From assembly GCA_030674415.1 (NCBI GenBank), contig JAUSGP010000022.1, forward strand, positions 1-33,751: a DNA stretch of 33,751 nt, in the 5' to 3' direction. Shown here piece after piece: positions 6,476-14,633 of this stretch (within the stretch, counting starts at the first letter, position 1; the number at the start of each line of letters is the position of its first letter). This DNA comes from a bacterium (lineage in GTDB: Bacteria > Patescibacteriota > Minisyncoccia > Phycocordibacterales > Zambryskibacteraceae). The notes beneath the pieces are model-generated. The model searched no databases and was not told where the DNA came from. It saw nothing but the letters and a program-made list of their open reading frames with translations. Position numbers and translations under genes: made by a program.

Positions 6476-6657
6476 TTAGTAACGTCTGTCGCGTAAAAAC
6501 ATTTTTAAAAATATTCTCCGCGGCTTGTATTAATTATCGTACGTATGCACTTTGCATACAATAGTATAAACGTATTACATGTGGATAACTTTCACACCGA
6601 AAATTATTTTCGTAATTTTATTTTTGAAAATAATTATAATTCTCAAACAGAGAAAAG

Positions 6658-8520
6658 TTAAATTTCTCCGTTTCTAATTCGCCTAATGTATTCTTCCATC
6701 TCTTGTCTGTGGTCAGGAGAAATTTCTCCAACATACTGGAGAGTGTCTATGGCTGCCTGGTCATTGCCGTTATTGATATAAACATTGGCTATCTCAAAAT
6801 AGATCTGCTGTTTGCCCGGCATAAGCTCTCGAGCGCGTTCCAGGTAGAAAAGAGCCTCATCGAAAGCGCCGGTTGAGGAAAGAAAAGACCCCGCCATAAG
6901 CTGGACCTTGGCATCAACGGGATAATCCTCTGCTTCTTTTATTACCGCTGATTTTACAAAAGCATAAAATTCATTCTTTTTCTCAAGCGACAACGAGCTT
7001 TGGAAAATGACAATGGAATTCACTGACGTGTGCTGAACAACTTCTTGTCGCCCGAGTGTTGACGTGTAATAGGCTTTTTTGAAATTAGTGCCAGCTTTCT
7101 CGAATTCCTGAAGCTGGATAGATTTAAGCCCTTCAATCAGAAAGCTGTTGCCTATAATTGGCTTGATATTGACGAAGTAAAGAGAAAGAACGAGGAAGAT
7201 CCCTATTAGAGGCAGGGCAATTCTCTGTGCATAGAATTCTCCGATTGGTTTAGTCCAGAGCGGCTTATCTGCATTCCTAAAATGAACATATGAGAGAAGT
7301 GAGAAGAAGAGAATATAGCTGACCAAGTGGTCGAAGACGAAGAAGTTGTGGAAGAAGTAAGCCGCTAAGAGCCCTGTGAGGATCGAACGCTCGATATGAG
7401 AAAAGTCATTCTTGGACCGCCAAACAAGATAGAGAGTAATTATATACAAGGATAAATAGCTCAGGGCCCCCAATAGACCAGCCCCTACCAGCCAGTCGAG
7501 ATAAGCATTATGGGCGCGGTCAAACCATGGCTCAAGCCGATACATCTCCGGAACATAATTCTCCTGAAAGACATAAATGAAATTTTCTTGCCCCCAGCCC
7601 AAGAGTGGGCGCTCTTTAAAGCCTTCGATAGCCATGGGCCAGACGAAGGAACGCCCGCCACTCTTCAATTCTTCGGTGGTAATGCTTGAGAAACGTGAGA
7701 GCACCGGACTCTCACGGACAAAATCGGTATCTTTCAGCAAAAAGAATCCACCGATTAACACCACTAGTCCTGCGAAAAGAGAGAGGCTTGCCAATCTTAC
7801 CAAACGATCCTCCCTGTTCTTGAGATTAAGCAAGGCTACGACAATGAGACCTCCTAGAAGACCGAGGATCGCCCCGCGCGTAGCCGTGTTGTAGAGGATG
7901 ATAGCTTGGCCGATGATTAAGAACCCGTACGTCCAGCGCATAGCGACATCCTTGTAAGATCTGTATAAAAAGAGTGCTGCAATAAAAATATGGATAAGCA
8001 TGTAGACCGCCAGATATGTCGCGTTGCCGAAGGTGCCGTCCACGCGCACTCCTCCTTGATGAATCGTAACGGATCCAGCAAGTTGCAAGAGCACGTAAAT
8101 AACCATTAGGGTGGAGGCGGCAAGGGAGGTATTCCACCACCTTTTCCAGTCCACTTCACGAAAAACCGAACTGATTACTACAAAGAATGCGCCGAGATGC
8201 AAAAGAGAGATGAATCCCTCCATACGCTCGAAGTTACTCCAGAAACTTCTTACCGAATCAACGCTGAAGATATTTGCGACTCCTGTAATTACCAGAAAGA
8301 TAGCCACGGCATATAGAACTGGTGATTTCTTCGGACGGCACCCCTTATCAATTAGAGCAAGAATCACCCACGCGGCAAAGACAATCTCAACAATGATTCT
8401 AAAGGTGAAAGCCTTGGTTGTGATGAACGGAAAGAAAAAGGAGCTGTAAACAAGAAACGGGATAAACGGCACGGCAAAAAGGCCCGCAAAGATGATCGCC
8501 TTAAGCATTTGTTTATTCAT
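6658..8520 (-). CDS. O-antigen ligase/polymerase-like (Wzy_C domain) polytopic membrane protein with a C-terminal TPR domain
   Basis: It has more than 10 predicted TM segments. WFDRAHNAYLDWLVGAGLLGALSYLSLY matches the Wzy_C/O-antigen ligase signature loop. The C-terminal ~170 aa has TPR-like repeats (ALFYLERARELMPGKQQIYFEIANVYINNGNDQAAIDTL). I moved the start to the ATG at 8520 (MNKQML..). That site has an AGGA 8 nt upstream and avoids overlap with the divergent flippase gene. Confidence 0.7.
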   Translation of the reverse strand: MNKQMLKAIIFAGLFAVPFIPFLVYSSFFFPFITTKAFTFRIIVEIVFAAWVILALIDKGCRPKKSPVLYAVAIFLVITGVANIFSVDSVRSFWSNFERMEGFISLLHLGAFFVVISSVFREVDWKRWWNTSLAASTLMVIYVLLQLAGSVTIHQGGVRVDGTFGNATYLAVYMLIHIFIAALFLYRSYKDVAMRWTYGFLIIGQAIILYNTATRGAILGLLGGLIVVALLNLKNREDRLVRLASLSLFAGLVVLIGGFFLLKDTDFVRESPVLSRFSSITTEELKSGGRSFVWPMAIEGFKERPLLGWGQENFIYVFQENYVPEMYRLEPWFDRAHNAYLDWLVGAGLLGALSYLSLYIITLYLVWRSKNDFSHIERSILTGLLAAYFFHNFFVFDHLVSYILFFSLLSYVHFRNADKPLWTKPIGEFYAQRIALPLIGIFLVLSLYFVNIKPIIGNSFLIEGLKSIQLQEFEKAGTNFKKAYYTSTLGRQEVVQHTSVNSIVIFQSSLSLEKKNEFYAFVKSAVIKEAEDYPVDAKVQLMAGSFLSSTGAFDEALFYLERARELMPGKQQIYFEIANVYINNGNDQAAIDTLQYVGEISPDHRQEMEEYIRRIRNGEI

Positions 8521-8548
8521 GAGCATTATCCTATCATGATACTCGTAT

Positions 8549-9796
8549 ATGCAAAATCTGCGCAATCAGGCCTACCAATGGCTCCGTTTAAGCGAGAGTT
8601 TCTTCAAAACCGACATGATCTACTTGGCCAAGGGCGGTTTTTGGCTCACTATTGGATACATTGTCTCCGGCCTAACCGGTCTCGCCCTGTCAGTAGGATT
8701 TGCCAATCTTGTGCCGAAAGAGGTTTTCGGTCATTACAAATTTATACTTTCTTTAATCGGATTTATTGGGGCTTTTTCCTTGATTGGCATGGGTACAGCT
8801 GTTACCCAATCAATATCCAGAGGATTTGAAGGATCGTTATCATCTGGTGTACACACATCCCTCAAATGGGGAATCATCTCGATTATTATTTCTCTTATAG
8901 GAACTGGCTACTACACCATCAACGGTAACTTGAGTCTCGCTTTCTCTCTTCTTATAGCAGGTACAACTTCTCCTATTATTTCCGCATTGACTCTTTACGG
9001 TTCTTTCCTTAGTGGCAAAAAGGAGTTTCAGACTAGCACAATTTATAACATAGCGAGAAGCATCCTGCCTGTTGTCTTCATGCTTTTTATCATGATAGTT
9101 TCCAAAAATGAAGTTTTAATCGTGGCAGCTTATTTCCTCTCTATTTTAGCAACCGCCGCCTATTTCCACTGGAGGACAATTAAGAAATACCGACCCAACC
9201 ACAACACTGACCCAAGTATGATCCCCTACAGCAAGCATTTAAGCGCCATGAATGTAGTTGGTACTATGGCGGAATATTTAGATAAGATACTTATCTTCCA
9301 CTTCTTTGGTGCAGCGCAATTGGCTATATACTCATTCGCTATCGCCATACCCACCCAGCTAAGGGGCTTCAACAAGGTGTTCGGCACTTTAATATTTCCT
9401 AAAGCAAGCAATACGCCCATTCCCATTCTTCAGAATACATTACCGAGAAAAGCGCTTTTAATGTCGTTCGTGGCAATAATCGGAGTAGTGGCCTACTTTT
9501 TTATCTCCCCCTATATTTACAAGATATTTTTCCCGCAGTATATCGAATCCATTAGATTTTCGCAGATCTACGCGCTAACCTTTCTTGTCATTCCAGCTAT
9601 GCTCTTCAACCAGTCACTCCTAGCTCACCAGAGAAAAAGGGAGCTTTACATCACGAAAGTAACTGTCCCTATTATAAAAATAGTGATGCTTTTAATTCTC
9701 CTGCCGATTTTTGGAATCTGGGGGGCAATCACATCGCTCTTAGCAACTCAAATGCTTCAGTTTGCTCTGATGGTAATACAGTTCAAGCGTATCTAA
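8549..9796 (+). CDS. Wzx-like oligosaccharide flippase (MOP superfamily polysaccharide biosynthesis protein)
   Basis: 415 aa with about 12 TM segments. The N-terminus is typical of the family (..LAKGGFWLTIGYIVSGLTGLALSVGFANLVPKEVFGHYKF). It lies in a glycan-cluster context. Confidence 0.65.
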   Translation: MQNLRNQAYQWLRLSESFFKTDMIYLAKGGFWLTIGYIVSGLTGLALSVGFANLVPKEVFGHYKFILSLIGFIGAFSLIGMGTAVTQSISRGFEGSLSSGVHTSLKWGIISIIISLIGTGYYTINGNLSLAFSLLIAGTTSPIISALTLYGSFLSGKKEFQTSTIYNIARSILPVVFMLFIMIVSKNEVLIVAAYFLSILATAAYFHWRTIKKYRPNHNTDPSMIPYSKHLSAMNVVGTMAEYLDKILIFHFFGAAQLAIYSFAIAIPTQLRGFNKVFGTLIFPKASNTPIPILQNTLPRKALLMSFVAIIGVVAYFFISPYIYKIFFPQYIESIRFSQIYALTFLVIPAMLFNQSLLAHQRKRELYITKVTVPIIKIVMLLILLPIFGIWGAITSLLATQMLQFALMVIQFKRI

Positions 9797-10545
9797 ACTT
9801 TTTTATTCTTACAAAAGAAAGTCATGAAATTTCCATAAAATGGAGGGGAGATTGTGTTGGTGTTAAATAACTTCATTAGATTCTCTTTGGTAAAAAATCG
9901 TGTTTTAAAGAAAGGATATTCAACGCGGAAAATCTCGAAATCATTATCCCTCAAGAAACGATGTATGGAATCGTTGGAAAACAAACTGATGTGAGTTTCG
10001 TCATGTAATAGACGATAGTTTTCTCCAAATAACCGAGCGCAACCAGAATCGAAATCCGGTGTTCCTAAGATGAGAATACCGTCTGGCTTTAAAATGCGTT
10101 TTATATTTTTAATCTCTTCTTCCGGCTTCTCCATATGTTCTATGACATGGTGTATAAAGATGACGTCAAAAGAATTGTCTAGATAAGCACTTGCTGAAAG
10201 CGGTCCTTCAAAAATCTTGCCGTATTGCTGTGCAAAAGTGGCGGCTGTTTTTGAAAGTTCAATACCATGCTTTTCCCATGCCTCTGGTAGAGCTGATAAC
10301 AACCAACCAAGTCCGCAGCCAATATCCAAAACCTTCCCCGGAGGAAGCGTGTTGAGATAGGTGACTGCATAGTTAATATCACTCAAAAATAAATCTCTTT
10401 CCTCAAGACGATTTCTTTCTTTACCATCAGGATCAACTATAGTGTTCCAGTATGATTCTTCGTAATTTGCCTTCTCTGCTTTCGGCAATGATACGTAATA
10501 CTTTCCTGATTGATAAAGAGAACGAACTTCTTTATTTATATCCAT
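9793..10545 (-). CDS. Class I SAM-dependent methyltransferase
   Basis: 250 aa. Motif I is VLDIGCGLGWLL and the post-I acidic residue is present. A Methyltransf_11/23-like motif (DVIFIHHVIEHMEKPEEEIKNIKRILKPDGILILGTP) follows. Confidence 0.8.
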   Translation of the reverse strand: MDINKEVRSLYQSGKYYVSLPKAEKANYEESYWNTIVDPDGKERNRLEERDLFLSDINYAVTYLNTLPPGKVLDIGCGLGWLLSALPEAWEKHGIELSKTAATFAQQYGKIFEGPLSASAYLDNSFDVIFIHHVIEHMEKPEEEIKNIKRILKPDGILILGTPDFDSGCARLFGENYRLLHDETHISLFSNDSIHRFLRDNDFEIFRVEYPFFKTRFFTKENLMKLFNTNTISPPFYGNFMTFFCKNKKV

Positions 10546-10560
10546 GCACTAGTAGTATAA

Positions 10561-10598
10561 CAACAAAAATGGGCCCCGTGCGTTGTCGCACGGAGCCC
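10561..10598 (-). terminator. Intrinsic terminator downstream of the NeuB-like gene
   Basis: The minus strand reads GGGCTCCGTGCG-ACAA-CGCACGGGGCCC followed by ATTTTTGTTGTT. This is a 12-bp GC-rich stem with one mismatch. Confidence 0.6.
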
Positions 10599-10613
10599 GA
10601 AAGAACCAGGAAA

Positions 10614-11492
10614 TCACACCGCTTGTGCCACCCGCCGGAGCTTCTTCTTGATGGGAATCTCCTTCGGATGAAGTGTCTTCTTGCCATCCCCCATCGCGGA
10701 TTCAACCGCTCGGATGTCCCGGACCAGACGCTTGAGCCCTTCTGGCTGCAAGCTCGCCGGCTGGTCGGAGCCGAACATGGCAAAATCTAGCGTGATGTGG
10801 CGCTCGACCACGCAAGCGCCGAGAACCAGAGCTGCGATAGAAGGGTGGACGCCTCGCTCGTGTCCGCTGTAGCCAACAGGCACCCTTAGGAATCTCTCCT
10901 TGAGGGTCCTGATCGCGAGCAGGTTGAGGTCGGCATCTTCAGCCGGGTACATCGAGACCGCGTGTAAAAGGACGAGGTCGTCACTCCCAAGCACTTCGAC
11001 GGCGTGCTCAACTTCCGCCATCGTCGACATCCCCGTGGAGAGAATGACAGGCCGCCCCTTGGAACGAACGTGACGAAGAAGATTGTCGTCCGTGAGGCTC
11101 GCCGAGGCCACCTTGTAGCAAGGTGGTCGGAAAGACTCCAGAAAATCAACGCTGCCCTCGTCCCAAGGGGAGGCAAACCAGAGGATACCCCTTTCCTTAG
11201 AGAAGATGTCGATTTGGGCATAATCATCGAACCCAAACTCGAGGTGGCGCTTCAGGTCGCCATTGGTCGTGCCGAAGGGGTGCTCCCGCGGTACAGCAAG
11301 CTCCTCCGGTGAATAGACTACGTCGATCGTCCGCTTCTGGAACTTGACTGCATCGCATCCTGCATCAGCGGCGAGATCGATGAGCTTTCTCGCGATGTCG
11401 ACATCACCGTTGTGGTTAATGCCGATCTCGGCAACCACAAAACAAGGGTGGCTGTCGCCCACAAGGCGTCCGCCAATCAGCACTTCAGGCAT
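10614..11492 (-). CDS. NeuB-family (N-acetylneuraminate/ulosonic acid) synthase lacking the C-terminal SAF domain
   Basis: PCFVVAEIGINHNGDVDIARKLIDLAADAGCDAVKFQKR is the NeuB N-terminal signature. I set the start at the ATG at 11492 (MPEVLIGG..) because of AAAGGAGAAGTTCC-ATG. The track start at 11549 adds a hydrophobic, non-homologous 19 aa. The protein is 292 aa and ends soon after the TIM-barrel region (..ESAMGDGKKTLHPKEIPIKKKLRRVAQAV). Confidence 0.8.
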   Translation of the reverse strand: MPEVLIGGRLVGDSHPCFVVAEIGINHNGDVDIARKLIDLAADAGCDAVKFQKRTIDVVYSPEELAVPREHPFGTTNGDLKRHLEFGFDDYAQIDIFSKERGILWFASPWDEGSVDFLESFRPPCYKVASASLTDDNLLRHVRSKGRPVILSTGMSTMAEVEHAVEVLGSDDLVLLHAVSMYPAEDADLNLLAIRTLKERFLRVPVGYSGHERGVHPSIAALVLGACVVERHITLDFAMFGSDQPASLQPEGLKRLVRDIRAVESAMGDGKKTLHPKEIPIKKKLRRVAQAV

Positions 11493-11573
11493 GGAACTTC
11501 TCCTTTTGGAGGATAGCAAAAACACTATCTCTAGCAAACAGATTATCACATTCCTAAGATAATGTAAAGTGGT

Positions 11574-12248
11574 TCAGCTCTTAACCACGTAATACTTTTT
11601 CATCTCCGGATAATACTCTATTTTCTCTGGCCGATCCTTGAAATATTCATCGACAGCTTGAGTGCACCCCGGCCACTTATCAATAGTGCCGCTCCCGTAC
11701 TCTGGGCGATTGGGGAAATCTTTGTATTCATCAAAAAGGACAATGCCTCCCGATACAACCTTGGGAAAGAGGAAGTTTAGGGCATCTCGATATCCCGCAT
11801 AGAGATCCACATCTATATGGAGAAAGGCGATCTGGCGGTCAGGAAATTCAGGCAAGGTTTCGTTTAAAAACCCTTTTGTAATTAGAAAATCCAAATCAGG
11901 AAATGTTTTAAGAATCTTCGATTCTTCGAGCCGCGTCCGCACAACCTCTTCGGCTATCTTCCATTCCCCTTTTTGCGGATCACGCGGAGAAACATCTCGC
12001 GGATCTGGTTCAGGAAACCCTTCAAACGAATCGAACCCCAATAAACGCCTTTTAGGCGCTGCATTTTCGCTCCCCACCAGATACGCCAACATAGTGAAAG
12101 TATTCCCCTCTCCGATACCACACTCAACAACATCACCTGGCACATTCGAAATTCTACTAAAAAGCGTTAGAAAGTAGCGAAATTGCTTCATCCACCCGAC
12201 TGGTACTGGATGAGGAGTGGTCCATTGTGTTGCTTCTTTGATATTCAT
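11574..12248 (-). CDS. TylF/MycF/NovP-type O-methyltransferase (class I SAM-dependent)
   Basis: GDVVECGIGEGNTFTMLAYL and FLHIDVDLYAGYRDALNFLFPKVVSGGIVLFDEY are macrocin-O-methyltransferase-like motifs. I set the start at 12248 (MNIKEATQ). It forms a TAATG stop/start overlap with the upstream cytidylyltransferase gene. Confidence 0.75.
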   Translation of the reverse strand: MNIKEATQWTTPHPVPVGWMKQFRYFLTLFSRISNVPGDVVECGIGEGNTFTMLAYLVGSENAAPKRRLLGFDSFEGFPEPDPRDVSPRDPQKGEWKIAEEVVRTRLEESKILKTFPDLDFLITKGFLNETLPEFPDRQIAFLHIDVDLYAGYRDALNFLFPKVVSGGIVLFDEYKDFPNRPEYGSGTIDKWPGCTQAVDEYFKDRPEKIEYYPEMKKYYVVKS

Positions 12249-12958
12249 TATTTTTTTTCTCGCCTTTTTAAAATCTGTTCGGCAAGCCACAACTGATTTT
12301 CACTATCGATCTGTATAGAATCTTCTTCGCTCATGAGAACTGCGGTCACCTTTCCATCCTTTCCACCAAATCGGTTTTTGGTTTTCTTGAATAACTCCGC
12401 TTTGGTGATATAAAACGCTCCATTTTCTTGATACGGCAGCTCCATGTCCTGTCTCATAGGCCTGTTTGCTGGATCGTGTTTCGGCACAATCAAACCATCT
12501 TCGCCTTTCGTCCACTCAAATTCGTATGTATCGGGGTAAAACACGGTAATGCACGTATCAAACTTATTGCTATCAATTACTTTAGATACAGCCTCCCTTA
12601 TGACCTCTTTACTTAGAAGTGGCGAGGTGCATTGTATCAGAACAATATAATCCGGATGATAACCTTGTTTCTCAACCACTTCAAGAGCGTGGCTCATGAC
12701 CGACTCATTTGTAGCAGTATCACTCGCTAATTCCATCGGGCGATCAATCACTTCGCCCCCGAATTTTGATACTATCTCTTTAATCTCTTGATCTTCAGTC
12801 GATACAACCACGCGATCAATGACGCCGGATTCTAAAGCTGAAGTCAAGGTGTGCCAGACAAGAGGTTTGCCATTAATCAGGCGAATATTCTTACGTGGCA
12901 CACCTCTGCTACCACCACGAGCCGGGATGACGGCTAAAATTTTCGATTTTTCCATCAC
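12248..12958 (-). CDS. Acylneuraminate (NeuA-type) cytidylyltransferase family protein, CMP-ulosonic acid synthetase
   Basis: 236 aa. ILAVIPARGGSRGVPRKNIRLINGKPLVWHTL is the CTP_transf_3 P-loop-like signature in its NeuA/PseF/LegF-type form. Confidence 0.85.
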   Translation of the reverse strand: MMEKSKILAVIPARGGSRGVPRKNIRLINGKPLVWHTLTSALESGVIDRVVVSTEDQEIKEIVSKFGGEVIDRPMELASDTATNESVMSHALEVVEKQGYHPDYIVLIQCTSPLLSKEVIREAVSKVIDSNKFDTCITVFYPDTYEFEWTKGEDGLIVPKHDPANRPMRQDMELPYQENGAFYITKAELFKKTKNRFGGKDGKVTAVLMSEEDSIQIDSENQLWLAEQILKRREKK

Positions 12959-13010
12959 TTACGATTGAATTTACAAATCAAAAGATACCACTTAATAAGT
13001 AAACTAGCAA

Positions 13011-13046
13011 GAAAAAAGCCTCGCCCCGACGAATCGAGAGCGAGGC
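13011..13046 (-). terminator. Intrinsic terminator downstream of the B12-binding radical SAM gene
   Basis: The minus strand reads GCCTCGC-(15-nt loop with an inner 3-bp CGA/TCG pairing)-GCGAGGC followed by TTTTTTCTT. It lies 12 nt after the stop at 13058. Confidence 0.5.
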
Positions 13047-13057
13047 CTTGTAGCTAG

Positions 13058-14572
13058 CTAGTACGCACTCTCCGGCTCGCCGAAGAATGTTTGACGATAC
13101 TCTGCCTGAAGCGTATGGAGAAGCGCGTCCCCTTCGGGTGTTTCGGCTTCAGCACGCTCTATTTCAGGCCAGCGCTCTTCAGGGAACTTCACGTAGAGAG
13201 CGAAGACGCGCCGGAACTTTCTGACTTCAGATGGCAGGAACTGTGGCATGTCGAGGATGGACTCTTCGGCGTTGCTCGGAGCAATCGCGTCCGGGTCCAT
13301 AAACCCGGCCTTGACCGCCATGTCCCGCGCCACCGTACCGTAGTAAGGAGTGAAAATCGAGCAGCTTGTAGTGTCCGCAAGCGGGAACCGGCGGTTGAGC
13401 CTGACCGTCTCCATAGCGATCTCCCGCGTTTCGTGCGGGTATCCCACCATGTTGTTGGTGCTGAAGGTCACCCCCATGTCAGCCGTGACTTCGAGTGCTC
13501 GCACCGCTTCATCGTTCGAAAACTCCTTTGCCAGTATCTGCTGGCGGAAATGCTCATCCCCGTTCTCGATACCGAAGGCGATGCGGTGAAGTCCTACGTC
13601 TTTGAGCTTCTTCAACCGCCAGTCTGTGATGGTCTCAACCCGCGTCTGCACCCAGAATGGCAGACCGATGTCCTTATAGATTTCGCAGAATTCGTCGAGT
13701 TCACGCTTCGACATAGCCAGAAAAGTATCTGCCCAGAAGAAGTTGTACTCGACGCTATGGACATCCCGGTAGTACAAGAGCTCTTCACGAACTCTCACCA
13801 TTGACTTCTTGCGAACAAACTTCCGGTCCGGCATGTCGAACATGGTGTTCTGGCCCGGTGAGTTGCAGAAGGTACAGCGATAGGGGCATCCCCGCATCGT
13901 CTCCACCGGAGCCATACTGTAGAGCTTCCCCGCCATTGGCCGAATGAGTCGTTCAGGGTCGAAGAGTCCCAAGTCGAAATCGACCGGGTTCTCGTCAAGG
14001 TTGACGAGTTTTGGCGGCTGGTTCTTCCTCACCATACCGAACCGGTCGCGATAAGCGAGACCAGGGACATCGTGCCAGTCCTCTCCACGCTCCATCTTGT
14101 GACAGAGCTCTGGGAGCGGCACCTCTCCCTCTCCAACACAAACGATGTCGATCTCAGGAAACGACAACGCCCGCTCTGGAGTGAAGGTGGCGAAGACGCC
14201 GCCAAGGATGACGGGCATCTCACGATGATCATGACGCTCGATGTGCTTGAGCACTTCGATACCGAGGAGAAAAGTGCTCTCGGTCGACGACATCGCAATG
14301 AGGTCTGGCTGGAACGAATTAATCTTGTCGTTCAGATCCTTCCAGATGTCGCGACCGGTGCGCATGAGCTCGCGATGCTCCGATGGACGCACCACGAGAA
14401 AGTGCTCGCTGATCTTGTCAGAGTCTCGTGAGAGATCGAGGCCGTAGTCGGTCGTATCGAAGAGGTCGACCTTGAAGCCCTGATTCTTGAGAATCCGCGA
14501 CAGGAGAGTGATGCCGGGCGGAATGAGGCTCTCGCTCCGGAAATTCGGATAGACGAAAAGCACCTTAAACAT
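13058..14572 (-). CDS. B12-binding domain-containing radical SAM protein (class B radical SAM, methyltransferase-like)
   Basis: 504 aa. The N-terminus is a Rossmann-like cobalamin-binding domain (VLFVYPNF..PPGITLLSRILKNQGFKVDLFD..VILGGVFATF). It is followed by the CxxxCxxC cluster MRGCPYRCTFCNSP. A Shine-Dalgarno sequence is present (AAAGGGAAACTCC-ATG). Confidence 0.85.
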   Translation of the reverse strand: MFKVLFVYPNFRSESLIPPGITLLSRILKNQGFKVDLFDTTDYGLDLSRDSDKISEHFLVVRPSEHRELMRTGRDIWKDLNDKINSFQPDLIAMSSTESTFLLGIEVLKHIERHDHREMPVILGGVFATFTPERALSFPEIDIVCVGEGEVPLPELCHKMERGEDWHDVPGLAYRDRFGMVRKNQPPKLVNLDENPVDFDLGLFDPERLIRPMAGKLYSMAPVETMRGCPYRCTFCNSPGQNTMFDMPDRKFVRKKSMVRVREELLYYRDVHSVEYNFFWADTFLAMSKRELDEFCEIYKDIGLPFWVQTRVETITDWRLKKLKDVGLHRIAFGIENGDEHFRQQILAKEFSNDEAVRALEVTADMGVTFSTNNMVGYPHETREIAMETVRLNRRFPLADTTSCSIFTPYYGTVARDMAVKAGFMDPDAIAPSNAEESILDMPQFLPSEVRKFRRVFALYVKFPEERWPEIERAEAETPEGDALLHTLQAEYRQTFFGEPESAY

Positions 14573-14633
14573 GGAGTTTCCCTTTCTAGAGAAGCTTGTC
14601 TGGAACTAGTCTGGCGCTAATATACTATTATTT

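Noticed and set aside
6213-6657. tRNA, rRNA fragment, riboswitch or other known structured RNA in the largest intergenic region
   Set aside because: I could not find a cloverleaf or a T-loop (GGTTCGAATCC-like) box, nor any riboswitch consensus that I recognise. Only the terminator, the heptamer inverted repeat and short palindromes were seen. A covariance-model scan (Infernal/Rfam, tRNAscan-SE) would be decisive.
8521-8565. Track start at 8565 for the O-antigen-ligase-like gene
   Set aside because: It adds MRRFCIYEYHDRIML and overlaps the divergent flippase start (8549). The ATG at 8520 has an AGGA 8 nt upstream and begins directly at the first TM segment.
11493-11549. Track start at 11549 for the NeuB-like gene
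   Set aside because: The extra 19 aa (MIICLLEIVFLLSSKRRSS) are hydrophobic and unlike NeuB N-termini. The ATG at 11492 has a strong AAAGGAG Shine-Dalgarno sequence at 7-nt spacing.
12249-12290. Track start at 12290 for the TylF-type methyltransferase
   Set aside because: It would overlap the upstream cytidylyltransferase gene by 43 nt. The ATG at 12248 forms a classic TAATG stop/start junction.
13091-13804. 237-aa plus-strand ORF antisense to the B12-binding radical SAM gene, with similar ORFs antisense to the NeuB-like gene and the second radical SAM gene
   Set aside because: Long antisense ORFs are expected in GC-rich coding sequence. The translations are Arg/Pro/Ser-rich with no recognisable motifs, while the opposite frame carries complete radical SAM or NeuB signatures.
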